A stretch of 64,000 bases of DNA from Camelus ferus (lineage: Eukaryota), in NCBI RefSeq assembly GCF_009834535.1, contig NC_045704.1:21266001-21330000 (forward strand), given 5' to 3'. The notes below the pieces were generated by a model. It did no database searches. It was not told where the DNA came from and was given only the letters and a program-made list of their open reading frames with translations. The position numbers and the translations under genes were made by a program. Shown here in pieces: positions 13,625 to 29,761 of this stretch. The first letter of the stretch is position 1; each line of letters begins with the position of its first letter.

Positions 13625-14419
13625 GTCAGTTCTTGGGGGTGGCCGAGGGCGGAGATAAGGGTCTGAGAGGGCTGAGAGTGAGGATTCGGGAAAGCTCAGA
13701 CGGGAGTCCGAGGGAGTTCAAAGCGTGGGATCCAAGGGGTTCAGGGAAGGGGAGGTGTGAGGAGTCAGGCTCCGAGTCAAAGGTCCAAGGGTGCTGCAGT
13801 GAAGGGCTCTTGGAAAGAGAGGTCTGAGGGGAGCCTAGAGTTGGGGGATCCGAGGAGACTGCAAATGGATGTATCTGAGGCGGCTTAGATAGGGGGCACG
13901 AGGGTGCTCAGAATGGGGCGTCTGAAAGGGCTTAAGGAGGGAGGAGGGTCCACGAGGACCTTGAATATTGTTAGAGAGTCGGGCTCAGAGTTGCAGATCC
14001 GAAGTTTTTAGGATGAGGTCTCAAATCGAGGTGTCTAAAGGGGCTCTAGGGTGCAGCCCTGGGGGATATGTGTGGTGGAGCTCTTGAGAAAGGCTCCCAA
14101 TGGACTCAGGGGTTGTTCTCTGTGAGAGGCTTGGGAGGGCAAATACGTGTAGCCTGATAGGCCTTTGGTGGATGGCGTTTGGGGGAGTGTTCTGGGTGCT
14201 CATCGTGTCTAGGCAGGGAGCCTGGGGGTGCATTGGGTGGCTTTTGAGATGTTGAGGACTTAGGTTTTAGAAACCAAGTGAGTTTTGCTAGATGGCTGAG
14301 GTGAGGCCCTGGCCCATGATAAGAGCCGAAGGCTGGATCATATCCTGAGGGTGGCAGTCTTGGTGGCTTCAGTGTGTTCTCTTTCCACAGGACTGACTGG
14401 GTACTCAGAGTTGCTGTTG

Positions 14420-18432
<4,013 letters not shown>

Positions 18433-18594
18433 CGCCAGGTCCCAGGATCCGGCCTGATTCCCGGGCTTTCGCCTGCTCTGGACAGCTGCCACCCTGTGAC
18501 CGTGAAACCCTGGGGCAGAGGCAACTCCTCTCCTCTCTCTCGGGGTTATTTTCCCAGTAACTGTGTGGGAACCATAGGAAAAGGCCCCATTACA

Positions 18595-18600
18595 AATAAA
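18595..18600 (+). terminator. ALKBH6: ALKBH6 polyadenylation signal
   Basis: AATAAA about 160 nt after the stop codon, followed by a T/GT-rich tract (ttattttggttttgg). Confidence 0.75.
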
Positions 18601-19050
18601 CCAACAACAAAAAATACCTTATTTTGGTTTTGGACATGGCAGAAGGGAGGGGTCAGATGCTTGGGTTCCTGAGGGGCGCTGCGCCTGGCACCTTAGAGGG
18701 AGGGTGTGGGCCATGGGGGTCAGATGTATGGGTCACAGAGTGGAGCAGAATCCAGGGCTTTTGAGGGGGGAGGGTTATATCTGGAGACCCCTTATGTGGG
18801 TGGTGCGAGCTTGGGAGGTTCAGCTACTGGTCTGCTGGGGAGGAAGGAGTTAAGTGATACTGCTGTCACCTGAGCTGGGCATCAAATTACCTGGGTCCAG
18901 TTTCCACCTGGGAAGAGCCTGGCCCTGGGCTCCTGGCTACCTCAGGCCTGGGTGAGTCCTACTGAGGAGGTCTAGGGGTGGGTACCCCTGGCTGGGAAAA
19001 GGGCTCCTACTGGGGATCCTCACTGAATCTCTGTTCCCAGGCTCCCGAAT

Positions 19051-22000
19051 ATGGCCCTGCCCCCACCTCTGAGCCCTAGGCCCTCTTCTGAGCCCTTCAG
19101 CCACCACCCTGGAGCGCCTAGGGAGCTGGATACTGCTGAATTCACCATCTACCCTCCATCTGGAGACGAGAGAATCAGGTAGGAGCTGGTGTTTTTGAAA
19201 CTTGGGTCCCAAAAGGGTGGGGGCAGTACCCCTTTTGAGAGTAGGAGATACTGTGAGTATGATCACCTGGGAACACGGGAGAGGTAGCTGGGATAGGGTG
19301 GATAATGGGCACCTACGCTTACCCAGGGACCTGTCAATGTCCCCTACCAGGTTGGAACAGGCTCAGAAGCAGGGGCAGGTCTCCTTGGACCCTCCTGAGC
19401 ACTTCCAGAGTGGACTGAGGGGCACCAAGCCTGCTACTGGCCTCCCCACATTGCCAACATCCTCTTCCCAGGAGGACCCAACTGGGGCCAAACACTGTAA
19501 GGTGAGCTGAGGTGACCTGGGCCCCTCCCTGTGCCAGCTCCTACCTCCTGTTGCTCTCCCAGAATTTTGCTTCCACACCAGGGATGAGGTGATGATTCTG
19601 GAAAAATGTTGGGCATTTGTGTGGGGAGGGATGCTCTGGACAATGATTCTTTACCAACCACTGTAGAAATATTTCAATATTTTCCAGCTGAGAGTTATTT
19701 TTATCATTGGCCCATTCCTTGGCGGGGTTATCCAGCTCCATCACCCCTTCCCTGTCCAGACCTGTAGGCCCTCCATATACACATTTCCAGGAACCTTGGA
19801 ACCTGGAGAATTTGAACTAGAGGTTCTCAGGCCTGGCTCCAATGGGAGGTTTCTCTAGGTGGGAGCAGCCCTGGTGCAGACCCAGTGATAGACTCTGCTG
19901 CAGAGAAGCATCCAGAAGGCAGGAGCCTGCAGAAGAAGGGTGCAATGGGAGTGGGGGCACATCTTAGTTGACTCACCAGCCCTGACTCAGCTCTTTGTGT
20001 TCCCCAGCACTCCATCTCTGGCCAGGAGGTATTGGAGGCTGAGCAGGACAGCCTGCATCTTAGCCTTCTGGGGCTGGGCCTCCAGCTGCAGGACCTGGAG
20101 CGAGGCCTGGGGCCCTGGGAATCAGCCCAGAGCGGGATGGTCCAGCTGCAGGTGGGCAATGGGAAGCTAGGATGTGGGAGGGTGGGCAGGGCCTCAGGAG
20201 TGGGTGCCAGCTCCCTTTGGTAGGAAATGGGTTTATTCCATGTTCTAGGTTGGGAAGGGGAGGAGGGGTTGTAAATCCAGGTCCCAGGTCTCTGGTGCCC
20301 CTGGTGTGTGTGTGTGTGTATGTGTGTGTGGATTGGGGAGGGGAGTGACGTCCAACTCTGTGTACCCAGGCCCTCCAGGCAGACCTCCGTGGGGCAGCTG
20401 AGCGTTTAGATGCACTGCTGGCATTCGGTGAGGGGCTGGCACAGCGGAGTGAGCCCCAAGCCCGGGCACCCCTGGAGCAGGTCCTGAGGGCCTTCAGAGC
20501 CCATCGAGACAGCATCTTCCGGCAGCTGTGGCGGCTGCAGGCCCAGCTGGTCAGCTTCAGCCTGGTATGGACCACCCTGGTGGTCCCTGGTGCAGGCACC
20601 AGTCCCAACCCTCATGACCTCTGTCCTCTGACCAGGTGTTTGAGGAGATCAACACACTGGAGCAGGACTTGGAGGTTGAGGGGGACTCAGACGGGCCAGG
20701 ACATGGTAGGATCTGGGGGCCCTGGGCATCCGGTAGCCTCCCCACTCCTGCAGAGTTGGAGTGGGACCCGGCGGGGGACGTTGGGGGCCTCGGGCCTTTG
20801 GGGCGAAGGACAGCCTGGACACCAGGGGCTCCCTGTGAGCTATGTGGCCACAGGGGCCCCTGGGGCAGGGGACAAAGCCTCGAGGTAAGAGCAGGTGGGG
20901 TCACCTCCCCCCAGGCACCCATGGACCCCTCTGTGTGCCTCCTAGCAGGGTCCTTCCCCTTCAAGGTTTTCATGGCTCTGTTTCTCCCTCTATCCCTCTC
21001 GGGGTCTATTTCTCTTTTGCTATCTCAGTGTCCCCTCCCCTCCCTCCCTCTGCCTCTCTTGGCCTCCATGCCTTCCTCCATCTCACTCTGTTTCCTTCTG
21101 TTGTATCTACATTTCCTCATTTCCTCTCACTCTCTCCCTCACTCACCCCTAGGGGCCACACTATTCCAAATTCACTCCCATCTCAAAGCCCCCAGTGCAT
21201 GCCCAGCTTACCTCCTCATTCATTCGTCTCTCCTCAGATGTTACCTCTTCAGGGAGGCCTGCTCTGCCCTCCAAATATTATTGCTCCTCATCCTTTGACT
21301 TTATTTCCTAACTGCACTTACCACATCTTGACATTATACATTTGTTTATTAACTTATGGTCTCTCCCTCTCTCCTGCTAGAATATAAACTCCATGGATGC
21401 CAGGACTTTGTCTGTTTCTACATCCACTGTGTCCCCAGCTCCTAGAACTGTGCCTGGCATGTAACAGACACTCATTAAATATTTGTTGAATGAATGAATA
21501 AATAATGTCTCCCTTCTCTTGGTTTCTTTGTCTCTGTCCCTCTCTTCATCTCTCCCCGTGATCTCTTTCCCCAGAGTCTCATCTCTACAACACCCACCCC
21601 CCATCTAGGTCCTTTCCCAACCTTGTGTGTCTTTGTCACTGGTTCTCCAAGGACCTCACCACTCTCTTCTCTAAAAGGACATGCTCATGTCAGGCCTCAA
21701 CCATCGGAAACACTTAGCAGGTCACCGAAGACGCTCCCTGCTCCGGAAGTCCCAGGTGAGCTGGTCCTCAACCAGGTGTATCACTCAGGAATCTCGATGG
21801 CAAGTGACAGCAATCCAACCCAAGCTGAGTTGCACAAAAAAGGGGGTGCTATTTTTTTCATGTGACTGAAAAGTCCAGGTGCTGTTGAATTCCAGACCAC
21901 AGCTGCTGTCAGGGCTGAGTTCTCCCCTTTTGGACTCTGCTTCTCCAAGGTGGATTCCTTCTCAGCAAAATGGCTGCCCCAGAAGCAACGTACTCACTTC

Positions 22001-22788
22001 CCACTGGCTTCCCCACCCCAGGAGGAGACAGTGTCACTGTACCTACCTGCAGTTAAAGTCCTAGGGCTGACTCCAGCTTCCCCAACTTGAGTCATGGCCT
22101 AGACCTGGAACCAATCACAGTAGCCAAGCTGATGGAGGGCTGCTATTGGCCAGGTCTGGGTCACATGCCTAATCACGGAAGTGGAGTCGTGAGGTCAGGA
22201 GAGTGGGGAGGTATGACACCCACCCCCACCAGCTGAACCACTGTTACCAGGAAAAGGGGGATTGGATGGAGGGCAGGCACAAACAGACATCCACTACACT
22301 TGGAGGTATTCCAAGCCTGTGTGGGGTCCTGGGGATGGAGGGGGTGCTAGGAAAGGAGGAGAAATAAGCTCAGCTCTGTAGGTCTACAGCAGCAAGGGAA
22401 AGACCACATTAAGTGCCACTTCTACCCATTCTAATGCTGGCTGCTATCTACCCTTAGGACAAGGTGAGGCAAGTATCTCCCAATCTCCAGGATGTGATGC
22501 TAGAGGTAGACCCTGGGTGAGATGCCTGGAAGATGGGTCTGGGGGGTGTGGGGGACAGGGCTCACGGTGGCAGCCCAGCCACACATTTAACACTACATTT
22601 CCCTTCACAGAGCCCCCAGTTCTACATCCAGGCGGCCCCTGACCTTCCTCCTTCTCTTCCTCTTCCTTCTCCTGGTGGGTGCCATGTTGCTCCTGCCCAC
22701 GTCAGGGGGCTCCTGCTGCTCTCCTGCCCGACTGGCCAGGACACCTTACCTGGTGCTCAGCTATGTCAATGGTCCTCCCCCAATCTGA
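19051..22788 (+). CDS. SYNE4: Nesprin-4 (KASH-domain outer nuclear membrane protein), 8 exons, 393 aa
   Basis: Exons 19051-19178, 19351-19501, 20008-20151, 20370-20564, 20636-20884, 21678-21755, 22458-22516, 22611-22788 (1182 nt). Contains a spectrin-like repeat ([29 protein letters not shown]), the kinesin light chain motif LEWD at 20756-20767, TM segment [20 protein letters not shown] and KASH end [15 protein letters not shown]. Confidence 0.95.
20304..20330 (+). repeat. Interrupted (GT)n microsatellite in SYNE4 intron 3
   Basis: Read directly from the sequence. Confidence 0.9.
21200..21500 (+). mobile_element. L2 3' end
   Basis: cctagaactgtgcctggcatgtaacagacactcattaaatatttgttgaatgaatgaat. 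Confidence 0.75.
21785..22260. mobile_element. MLT1J/K-like MaLR LTR in SYNE4 intron 6
   Basis: gcaagtgacagcaatccaacccaagctgag...catgtgactgaaaagtccagg...attggccaggtctgggtcacatgcc; recalled MLT1 motifs. Confidence 0.6.
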
Positions 22789-22807
22789 GTACAGTCCAGA
22801 TATACGT

Positions 22808-22813
22808 AATAAA
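22808..22813 (+). terminator. SYNE4: SYNE4 polyadenylation signal
   Basis: AATAAA 20 nt after the TGA, followed by a GT-rich tract (tgtgtctgtctgtt). Confidence 0.7.
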
Positions 22814-22829
22814 TAGTTGCCATCAAAGG

Positions 22830-22953
22830 ATGTGTCTGTCTGTTCCAGCTGCTGTAACAAAATGATGTAGACTGGGTGGCTTATGAACAATAGAAATTGA
22901 TTTCTCACAGCTGAAAAGTCCAAGATCAAGGTGCTGGAAGATTCAGTGTCTGA
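22830..22953. mobile_element. MLT1/MST-type MaLR LTR fragment running into an N gap
   Basis: gctgctgtaacaaaatg...agactgggtggcttat..aacaatagaaattgatttctcacag...aagtccaagatcaaggtgc. Confidence 0.75.
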
Positions 22954-23175
22954 NNNNNNNNNNNNNNNNNNNNNNNNNNNNNNNNNNNNNNNNNNNNNNN
23001 NNNNNNNNNNNNNNNNNNNNNNNNNNNNNNNNNNNNNNNNNNNNNNNNNNNNNNNNNNNNNNNNNNNNNNNNNNNNNNNNNNNNNNNNNNNNNNNNNNNN
23101 NNNNNNNNNNNNNNNNNNNNNNNNNNNNNNNNNNNNNNNNNNNNNNNNNNNNNNNNNNNNNNNNNNNNNNNNNNN
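22954..23175. other. N run (222 nt)
   Basis: Undetermined bases inside a MaLR LTR region. Confidence 1.
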
Positions 23176-23304
23176 AGTCTATAGCAGGATGTGTGAGGAC
23201 ACTGGGTGCCCAAGGATTGAGAATCTAGGAAATGGTCCTGATACATCTGGACGCCTCCTCCACAGATCCCTTTGCCTTGAGCATAGAACACAGAACGGAA
23301 TCAG

Positions 23305-23700
23305 CCCACATTGGGTTGGGTTCCCCCAGAATCTGAGACAAAGATTTAGGCACAGGTAGCTTTTTCGGGGAGGTGATCCTAAGCAGATTGACAGGGAAGT
23401 GGGAAGTGAGCCAGGGAAGGGAGTTAATGAGCTGGTTGCTGCTCTGGCACCGGGGGTGCCATCCCCCTGGGGAACTCTGGGAGACTAGAACACATTCAAA
23501 GTTGTTCTACCCAAGAGGGAAAGAGGTTGTGGCATGTGTACCAGCTCCCATCTCTCATTGGTTAAGGACTGTTCCTGGAGATGTTAACTCCCAGCACTTC
23601 CAGCCTCTCCTGCCTGTAAAAGACCCTTAGGCAAAGAGGCACAGATGCTTGCCACAGGAAGCTAGAGGAAGGGTGCAAGTGTACAGGAGGGGTGCAGGTG
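23305..23700. mobile_element. MLT1L/N-like MaLR LTR
   Basis: ttgggttcccccagaatctgagacaaagatt...gggaggtgatcc...cattggttaaggactg...cccagcacttccagcc. Confidence 0.55.
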
Positions 23701-25020
23701 ATGTGGGTGGGTTGCCTATGGCCCCTGACCTGCATTCAACCAGGAGCTCTGTTTAAACATTCTACATGGTGGGCTTCCAGGCTGGCCAGCACTGGTGCAG
23801 GACTGTGAAAGCTCCCCTCTCCCAGGTCTTGACGACACCAAGCTGAATTGCCAGGGCTTAGACCCGGAGTCCATTCCCCAGCCTCAGGTATCTAAGCTCA
23901 TCCTGTCCCCAGAGTTTAAGGCATCAGGACAAGAGGTGGGGCAGACTCAGACTCAGGAACAGAGGCAGGAGCCCTGTGCTAGGCTCCTGGATATGCCCTT
24001 AAGACAGATCCCTTCACCTTTAATTCTCATAACCACCGTGATGTGTCCCTCCTTAACAGAATGGGAAACTGAGGCTCTAGAGGGGAAGCCCCTAGTCTGA
24101 GGCCACACAGGGAGCAAGTGACTGAAGCCTAATCCCCATGATTTAAAAAGAAATGGGAATTTATTTTCGTGAGTAACAGAAAAGGTCAGGACTGCAAGCA
24201 TAGCTGGATCCAGGGGCTCAGTTCTTTCCTCTGTTTTGGCTTCATTCTTATCCAAGTGGTGGCCAGAGTGCCCCGCAAAGCCCCCAAGCAGACATCCCAC
24301 CAATTTGGCAGCTGATAGGAGAGTTACTTGTCCCTTGCAGTTCCAACCAAAGTCCCACGTGCTTCGCTGGCCCTGCAGTCAGCCTTGCCTGAACCATGAA
24401 AACGGGGAGGAGTGGTTCTCCAAAAACAGTCAGGGAACTGTTACCAGATGGGGAATGGACACTGAGGGAGTGGGGCGGGAAGCAGCAGATGCTGGGAGTT
24501 ACTCCAGGTTCTGGGAGAAGTCAAGATGCAAACCTGGGTCTGTTCTGTTTCAAATGGGAGACTGGGTCTCTGTTCCCAACCAAGGAGGAGACATGGTCTC
24601 CCTGGGGTCACCAGCTAATAAGATAGTCTTGGTAATACTGACCCAACCAACCGGGCAATGGAGCAAGTTGTACCATTCATTCACTCATTCATTTAATATT
24701 GACTAAATGTTTGCTATGAACCAGGTCCTGGTCAAAGAGCAGGGCTATGACCCCGAACAAGGCAGGCTAAGATCCTGGTCCATGTTGCTGACATTCTAGT
24801 CGGGGAAAGCTAACAGTAAGTAAAAGAGATAGGCAAAATCTGTCACAGGTCAGGTAGTGAAAGATGCTAAGGAGAAAACTAAAGCGTGCAAAGGCAGGGT
24901 GTGTGGGTGCAATTTAATTAGGATGGATAAGGAAGGAATCAGGGAGACAATTATTATGCAACAATTATGTCATTATATCAAATTGCAGTGAGGACACAAG
25001 CCACAGGGACTCCTAGAGGG

Positions 25021-25473
25021 GGGCTGTCTGATAGAAATACAATGTGAACCACGAATATAATTTTGAATTTCCTGTCACAGTAAAACAGTAGAAACAGATG
25101 AAATTTATTTTAATAATTTAATTTATACTCTAACCCAACATATCCAAAATATCACTTCAACATGTCATCAGTATAAAAATAGAGGTCTTTTACAATCCTT
25201 TTTTTTTCTTACTGCATCTTTGAAATCTGGTGTGTGTTTTATACTTTTTAGCACGTCTCAATTTGGACACCTTAATTTGCAACAGATAAAATGAAATGTA
25301 GTGCTACCAATACAATACAGCTGTGTTTAATGACAAACTATTTTACACTGCTTCAATTTTAAATTTAAATTATTTAAAGTTTATAAAAATTAAAAAAAAT
25401 TCCCTGGTTGCAATAATCACATTTAAAATGCTCAAGTCACAGGTAGCTCCCAGCTACTGTACTGGACAGTGCA
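25021..25473. mobile_element. MER33/Charlie1-like hAT DNA transposon remnant
   Basis: ctgtctgatagaaatacaatg...aacccaacatatccaaaatat...tttgaaatctggtgtg...tactggacagtgcag; termini resemble the recalled MER33 consensus. Confidence 0.7.
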
Positions 25474-26429
25474 GACCTGGAAGAGCATTCCAGGTAAAGG
25501 GAACAGCAAGTACAAAGGCCCTGAGGTAGGATTTTGCCTGGCACATGGGAAGGCCAGTGTGGCTGGAGCATGAATGGTGGAGTGGGCGACTGGAGAGAGG
25601 TAAGGTGAAAGAGACAATGGAGACAGATCAGGTGGACTGTGGACCACAGTGAGGACTTCTAGTCTGCATGAGATGGGCACGGGAGGGTTTTTGGTTGTTG
25701 TTTTTTCAACTTTCATTCTGGGAATTTTTGAACTTGTACAAAAGGGGAAGGAACAGCATTACAAGTCCTTGTGGACTCATTACTGACTCTGATCATTAGC
25801 GACTCAGGGCACCTCTCAGGTGCCCACTCCCCTCTTCCTAGATTACTTTGAAGCCAGTTCTAGATATCATATCCTTTTTTTCACCAACAATTCAAGGAGC
25901 GTCTCCAGAAGATCAATTTTGTTTTAAAACCCAGTCACAACACTCCTATCACTGTAAAGACAATTCCAGTCACTCCTCCACATCATCATCCCTCAGATGT
26001 CGCTGTCGGAGGGAGCTGAGCAGGAGAGGTGGGAACTCATGGGTGTGCCTGGTGACTCCTCATGGGGTACTGTGAGTGTCCCAGAATTCCCCAAGGCCCC
26101 ACTGGGCCACCTCATGCTCCTGGTCATTGTCTTGGCCCCTTTGGGACCACTGAGTTTGTGACCCAAGACAAGGACATATTCTAGTGACCTGTCATTCCTA
26201 ATAGGGTGGAGATCAGAATCTGTAAGGGAGTGCAGATGTTATTATTTCCAAGCTCAGAAATTTAATTGAAACTGATGGCTAAGTCTGTGAAGAAGTTATG
26301 TACAGAAGTTAATAAAGTCTCAGAAAATACAGGCTTTCCTTTTCTCAAATCTCTTGAAAAAATGCGCCCTCTGTACAAAGATCTCTGGTGCTCAAAGATA
26401 AATGACCAGTGACACATTGATATGACCAT

Positions 26430-26710
26430 TGTCTATTTTGTTTTTTGTAACTTTTAGTTTTGTTTCAAGTTACTGAAAAGTTTTAAGACTAGTACTACAA
26501 ACCCCCATACACCCTTCACCCACATTCACCAATTGTTAACATTTTACCTCATGGGCTTCACCACTCGGTCTCACTGATATGTATGTGCACATATTTTTGG
26601 AACCATTTGAGAGTAACTATACTTCAGCGTACAGTTCTTAAGATCAAGGGCATCCTCTTACGCAACTAGAGTACAATTACGAGAATTAGGAAATGTAGTA
26701 ACTCAATTCA
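26430..26710 (-). mobile_element. Old L1 3' end fragment (L1MB/MC-like)
   Basis: cccatacacccttcacccacattcaccaattgttaacatttt...gaaccatttgagagtaa...aagggcatcctctta. Confidence 0.6.
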
Positions 26711-28404
26711 TTCAATGACGGCTGTCCCTCACAAGCTTCCGTTTGCTCCTGAGGCCATTAACCCACCTCACATAACTCAAGAAAGCCCTCAAGCAGAAGA
26801 GCAGAGTTGCAGGGGCTCAGAGTAGGAAGCTGGCAGCCTCTAGAGAACCCTCTTGTGCAGCTACAAGTGAACACAAATAGGCAGGAGGGTTATGGGGTTG
26901 GGACATTATCATCTGCTGCCACATGTATTTCACTATATCATCATAACAGCCACATGAGGGAGGCACCATTAGCACGCCCATTTTGCAGATAAGGGTGTTG
27001 AGGCACAAAGAGGTTAAATCACTTGCCTATGATCATGTAATCAGTAAGCGTTGGAACTGGGGTTTAAACCCAGGCATTCCATTTCCAGAGTCTATAATCA
27101 CTGCTCACTCACCTACAATCTCCTCCCTCAAATCGGGCATTCTCCTCCCCCATCCTCTTTACCAGGCAAACTCCATTCACTGGTAATACCCAGGTGAATG
27201 TCTCCCTTCCTGACCAGGATGCCCGGCCCCAGTGGGGACTCGATCACGGCTTGCAGCCCTGCCAGAAGCTCCCATCCTGGAGTTTATTAGGGCTCAAGAT
27301 CTTGGAGTCAGAAGTGAGCAAGACGGGGGAAAAAAAAACAGAAGTGAGGAAGAGGGAGATTAAAGGTGGAGACGTAATGGGGGTGAGATGGGTAGGACCC
27401 CATCTCAACCCCATTACCCACTTTCAAGACTCTGATTTTCACTCTGAAATGGAGCCAGGCCAGGAGTAACTGCATCACCCTGCTGAAAAACAGGCTGCGA
27501 GAGATGAACGTGGCTGCGGAGGTCTGAGTACCAACCAGAGACAAAGCTGAAGTAGAAGCCACATGCACAAACCTCACAGCCTGTGCTCTGGGCACTCCAA
27601 GTCCCAGCTGGGCCCCTGCATTTCTCCCTTTTGTCCTCTCCAGGCCTCTACCCACACTGGTCCTCCTGCTTAAAAGTCTATCCCTACCTTCTGGCAAACA
27701 CCTTATAATTCTTCACATTTCAATTCCACCTTATAACTATTCGAGTACCTCCTCCCCCACTGGGATTGGGGCAGAGATTGTTTCTCATCTGTCCATCCTC
27801 CCTTTGGTCCAAGGTCTGGGCTCCTTTCCTAAGGCCTTCCTCCTCCTCTCAACTGCATCTTGCTAAGAATTCAACTGCTTTCCATTTATTTAACAGACAT
27901 GGGTGCAAATACAGCTGAGGGCTGCAAAATGCAGTACCCCAGAGAATGTCTAGAGCAGGTCCATGTGAGGACATGGGAGGAGGTACGCCTGTGGCCCATG
28001 GGTCTCTCTCTCCTCCCCTACCCCTGGGCGTTGCTAACAAAAATCTCGGCCTATAGCTGAGGCTGGACTCAGTCAGGTTTGAGGGCCCCGCCACTGCCTC
28101 AGGGATTACCAGCCAGGCCTCCTCTGCTCTATCATTTCCTCTCCTGCTTCACTACTCTCCATTAAGGAGTTAACTGGGGCTTCTTTGGGGTCAAGCCAGG
28201 GTAGGTTCCCTCCATGGGTCTGCTCAGGAGAACTATGCTGCTCCAACCAATCTGCCAATCTAGAGGCTCCAGAGGGGGAAGAGACAGCTCCCCACACCCA
28301 TCCCCTCCCAGAGGGTCACTTCTGGGTATGTTGGGGGGGGGGGACACTTCAAAAACCCCCAAACACATTAAGACCACCAAAAGGGAAGTAAGCAAATCCC
28401 CAAT

Positions 28405-28410
28405 TTTATT
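28405..28410 (-). terminator. SDHAF1: SDHAF1 polyadenylation signal
   Basis: Plus-strand TTTATT (AATAAA on minus) about 650-720 nt past the stop codon. Confidence 0.6.
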
Positions 28411-29125
28411 CCCTTTGTCCAACAGTCCTGAGCAGGAAAGTGGGCAGGAGTTGCGGCTCCCCCTCAGAACCATCATGTAGAGGTCTTGAGGAGGTCTTTA
28501 ATTGATTAGCTGAAGTGAAAGAACCCTAGCCCCTTCCTCACCGGTCCAAGTTTGTCACAATGGGGCAAAGGTTTTTCTAAGGGGGATTCCAGACTTCTCA
28601 TCCTCCATCAGGGCATCTTTTCAAACTCCTCAGCAAAAAGTCTGTTCTTTTCAGAGTTAAATACAGGAGAAGGGAGTTTCCTTGAGGAACCAGGAGTAGG
28701 TATGTTCTCAGGAGTCAAGAGAGGGGCATGTCAGTTTCTTTCTGTCCAACAGCCGGGCCTCCCGGCTCCCCAGGCCTGAGGGTAAGTAGCTCTCAGCTTG
28801 AGAGTCCAGCCAGCCGGCGACCCAGGCCGCCCCCAGCCTTCATGGGGAAGTTTGACCCGTTACCATACATCGGGCAAGGTCGGGCATCTCTCGCCATCGG
28901 ACCCTTCATCATCAAGAAGGCACTCCACTATCCCCAGTCTGTCGATCTAGTCTCTTAAGACCGCTCACCTTCCATCAGGCGGGTTCCCTTGTCCCCCCCA
29001 CGCAGTCAGGCGGGCCCCTCGTTCCCCTGGGCCATCGGGCGAGCCCTTCTGCCAGTCACCGTCCTTCGGACGGGGTCTCCGGTGCCCCCATGCTGTCAAG
29101 CGGTCTCCTTGGACCGTCATCAACG

Positions 29126-29413
29126 TCAGGCGGAGTCCCTGGGGTTTCCCGCGCCACGGGTCTCCTCGATCGGTTCCCCCAAACGCACGAAGGCGCCCAT
29201 GGCCTTGGCGTGGCCGGAGCGTAGCAGCTGGAGCTGGCGGCGCCCGCGGCGGTACAGGTACTCAATGCGCAGTACGTCGGAGCGTGGCAGGCTGGCGTGC
29301 TGCCGGAATTCGGCCCGCACCCGCGCCTCGGCGCCCGGCTTCCCGCGCCCGGCGCGCAGTAGCTCGCGGTACAGGCTCAGAACTTGTCTCTGCAGCCGGC
29401 TGGGGCGACTCAT
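29126..29413 (-). CDS. SDHAF1: Succinate dehydrogenase assembly factor 1 (LYRM8), single exon; 95 aa as written, 118 aa if an apparent +1 frameshift at 29145-29147 is corrected (stop then at 29056)
   Basis: [68 protein letters not shown] is an LYR domain. The orthologue-like tail PRRPLDSMGAPETPSEGR* lies in a different frame. Confidence 0.95.
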   Translation of the reverse strand: MSRPSRLQRQVLSLYRELLRAGRGKPGAEARVRAEFRQHASLPRSDVLRIEYLYRRGRRQLQLLRSGHAKAMGAFVRLGEPIEETRGAGNPRDSA

Positions 29414-29419
29414 GGTTAC

Positions 29420-29620
29420 AGCTGGGCCGCGGGCGCACACAGTCAACGCGTCACAAAGTCGTGCGGCAGCACTGTTGGGAAAAGCGGCGTTGCAAGGCAA
29501 CAGGCACTTCCGCCTCCTGCTTTGAGGCACCGTCGCGTCCCATTGGCTGTCGCTGTAGTTGCATCACAATGTCGCGAGTAAGGGGCGGGGCCTCTGAATT
29601 ACTGGCCCGCCCAACAGGGA
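29420..29620 (-). promoter_or_regulatory. SDHAF1: SDHAF1 CpG promoter
   Basis: CpG-rich, with ETS site CACTTCCG near 29505, a CCAAT (plus-strand ATTGG) near 29543 and a GC box GGGGCGGGG near 29582. Confidence 0.65.
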
Positions 29621-29761
29621 ATAGGTGTCCTTGTGAGGACAGTAGTTCTGAGGCGGTCAGACTCTAAGGTTTGGGGTCGGAAGGAAACAGGGTGTCCTGA
29701 CTTAACTCCCGGGTCCTGGGAGAGAGAGAAGACAGGCACAAGCATGTTTTTTGCCACGTTA

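Noticed and set aside
20885-21298. 220-aa ORF extending SYNE4 exon 5 with a hydrophobic tail
   Set aside because: Read-through past a consensus donor (GAG|GTAAGA) into CT-rich intron and L2 sequence; the conserved protein continues in exon 6.
21652-21677. Alternative upstream acceptor for SYNE4 exon 6 that might restore the human-type EADTSHSRQ segment
   Set aside because: It would add 26 nt and shift the frame, so the acceptor at 21677 was used.
27460-27530. Short coiled-coil-looking frame (NCITLLKNRLREMNVAAE)
   Set aside because: Weak splice signals, no recognisable homologue, too short to support.
29414-29530. N-terminal extension of the SDHAF1 ORF (134 aa)
   Set aside because: Begins at GTG in the promoter/5' UTR; the orthologous start is the ATG at 29413.
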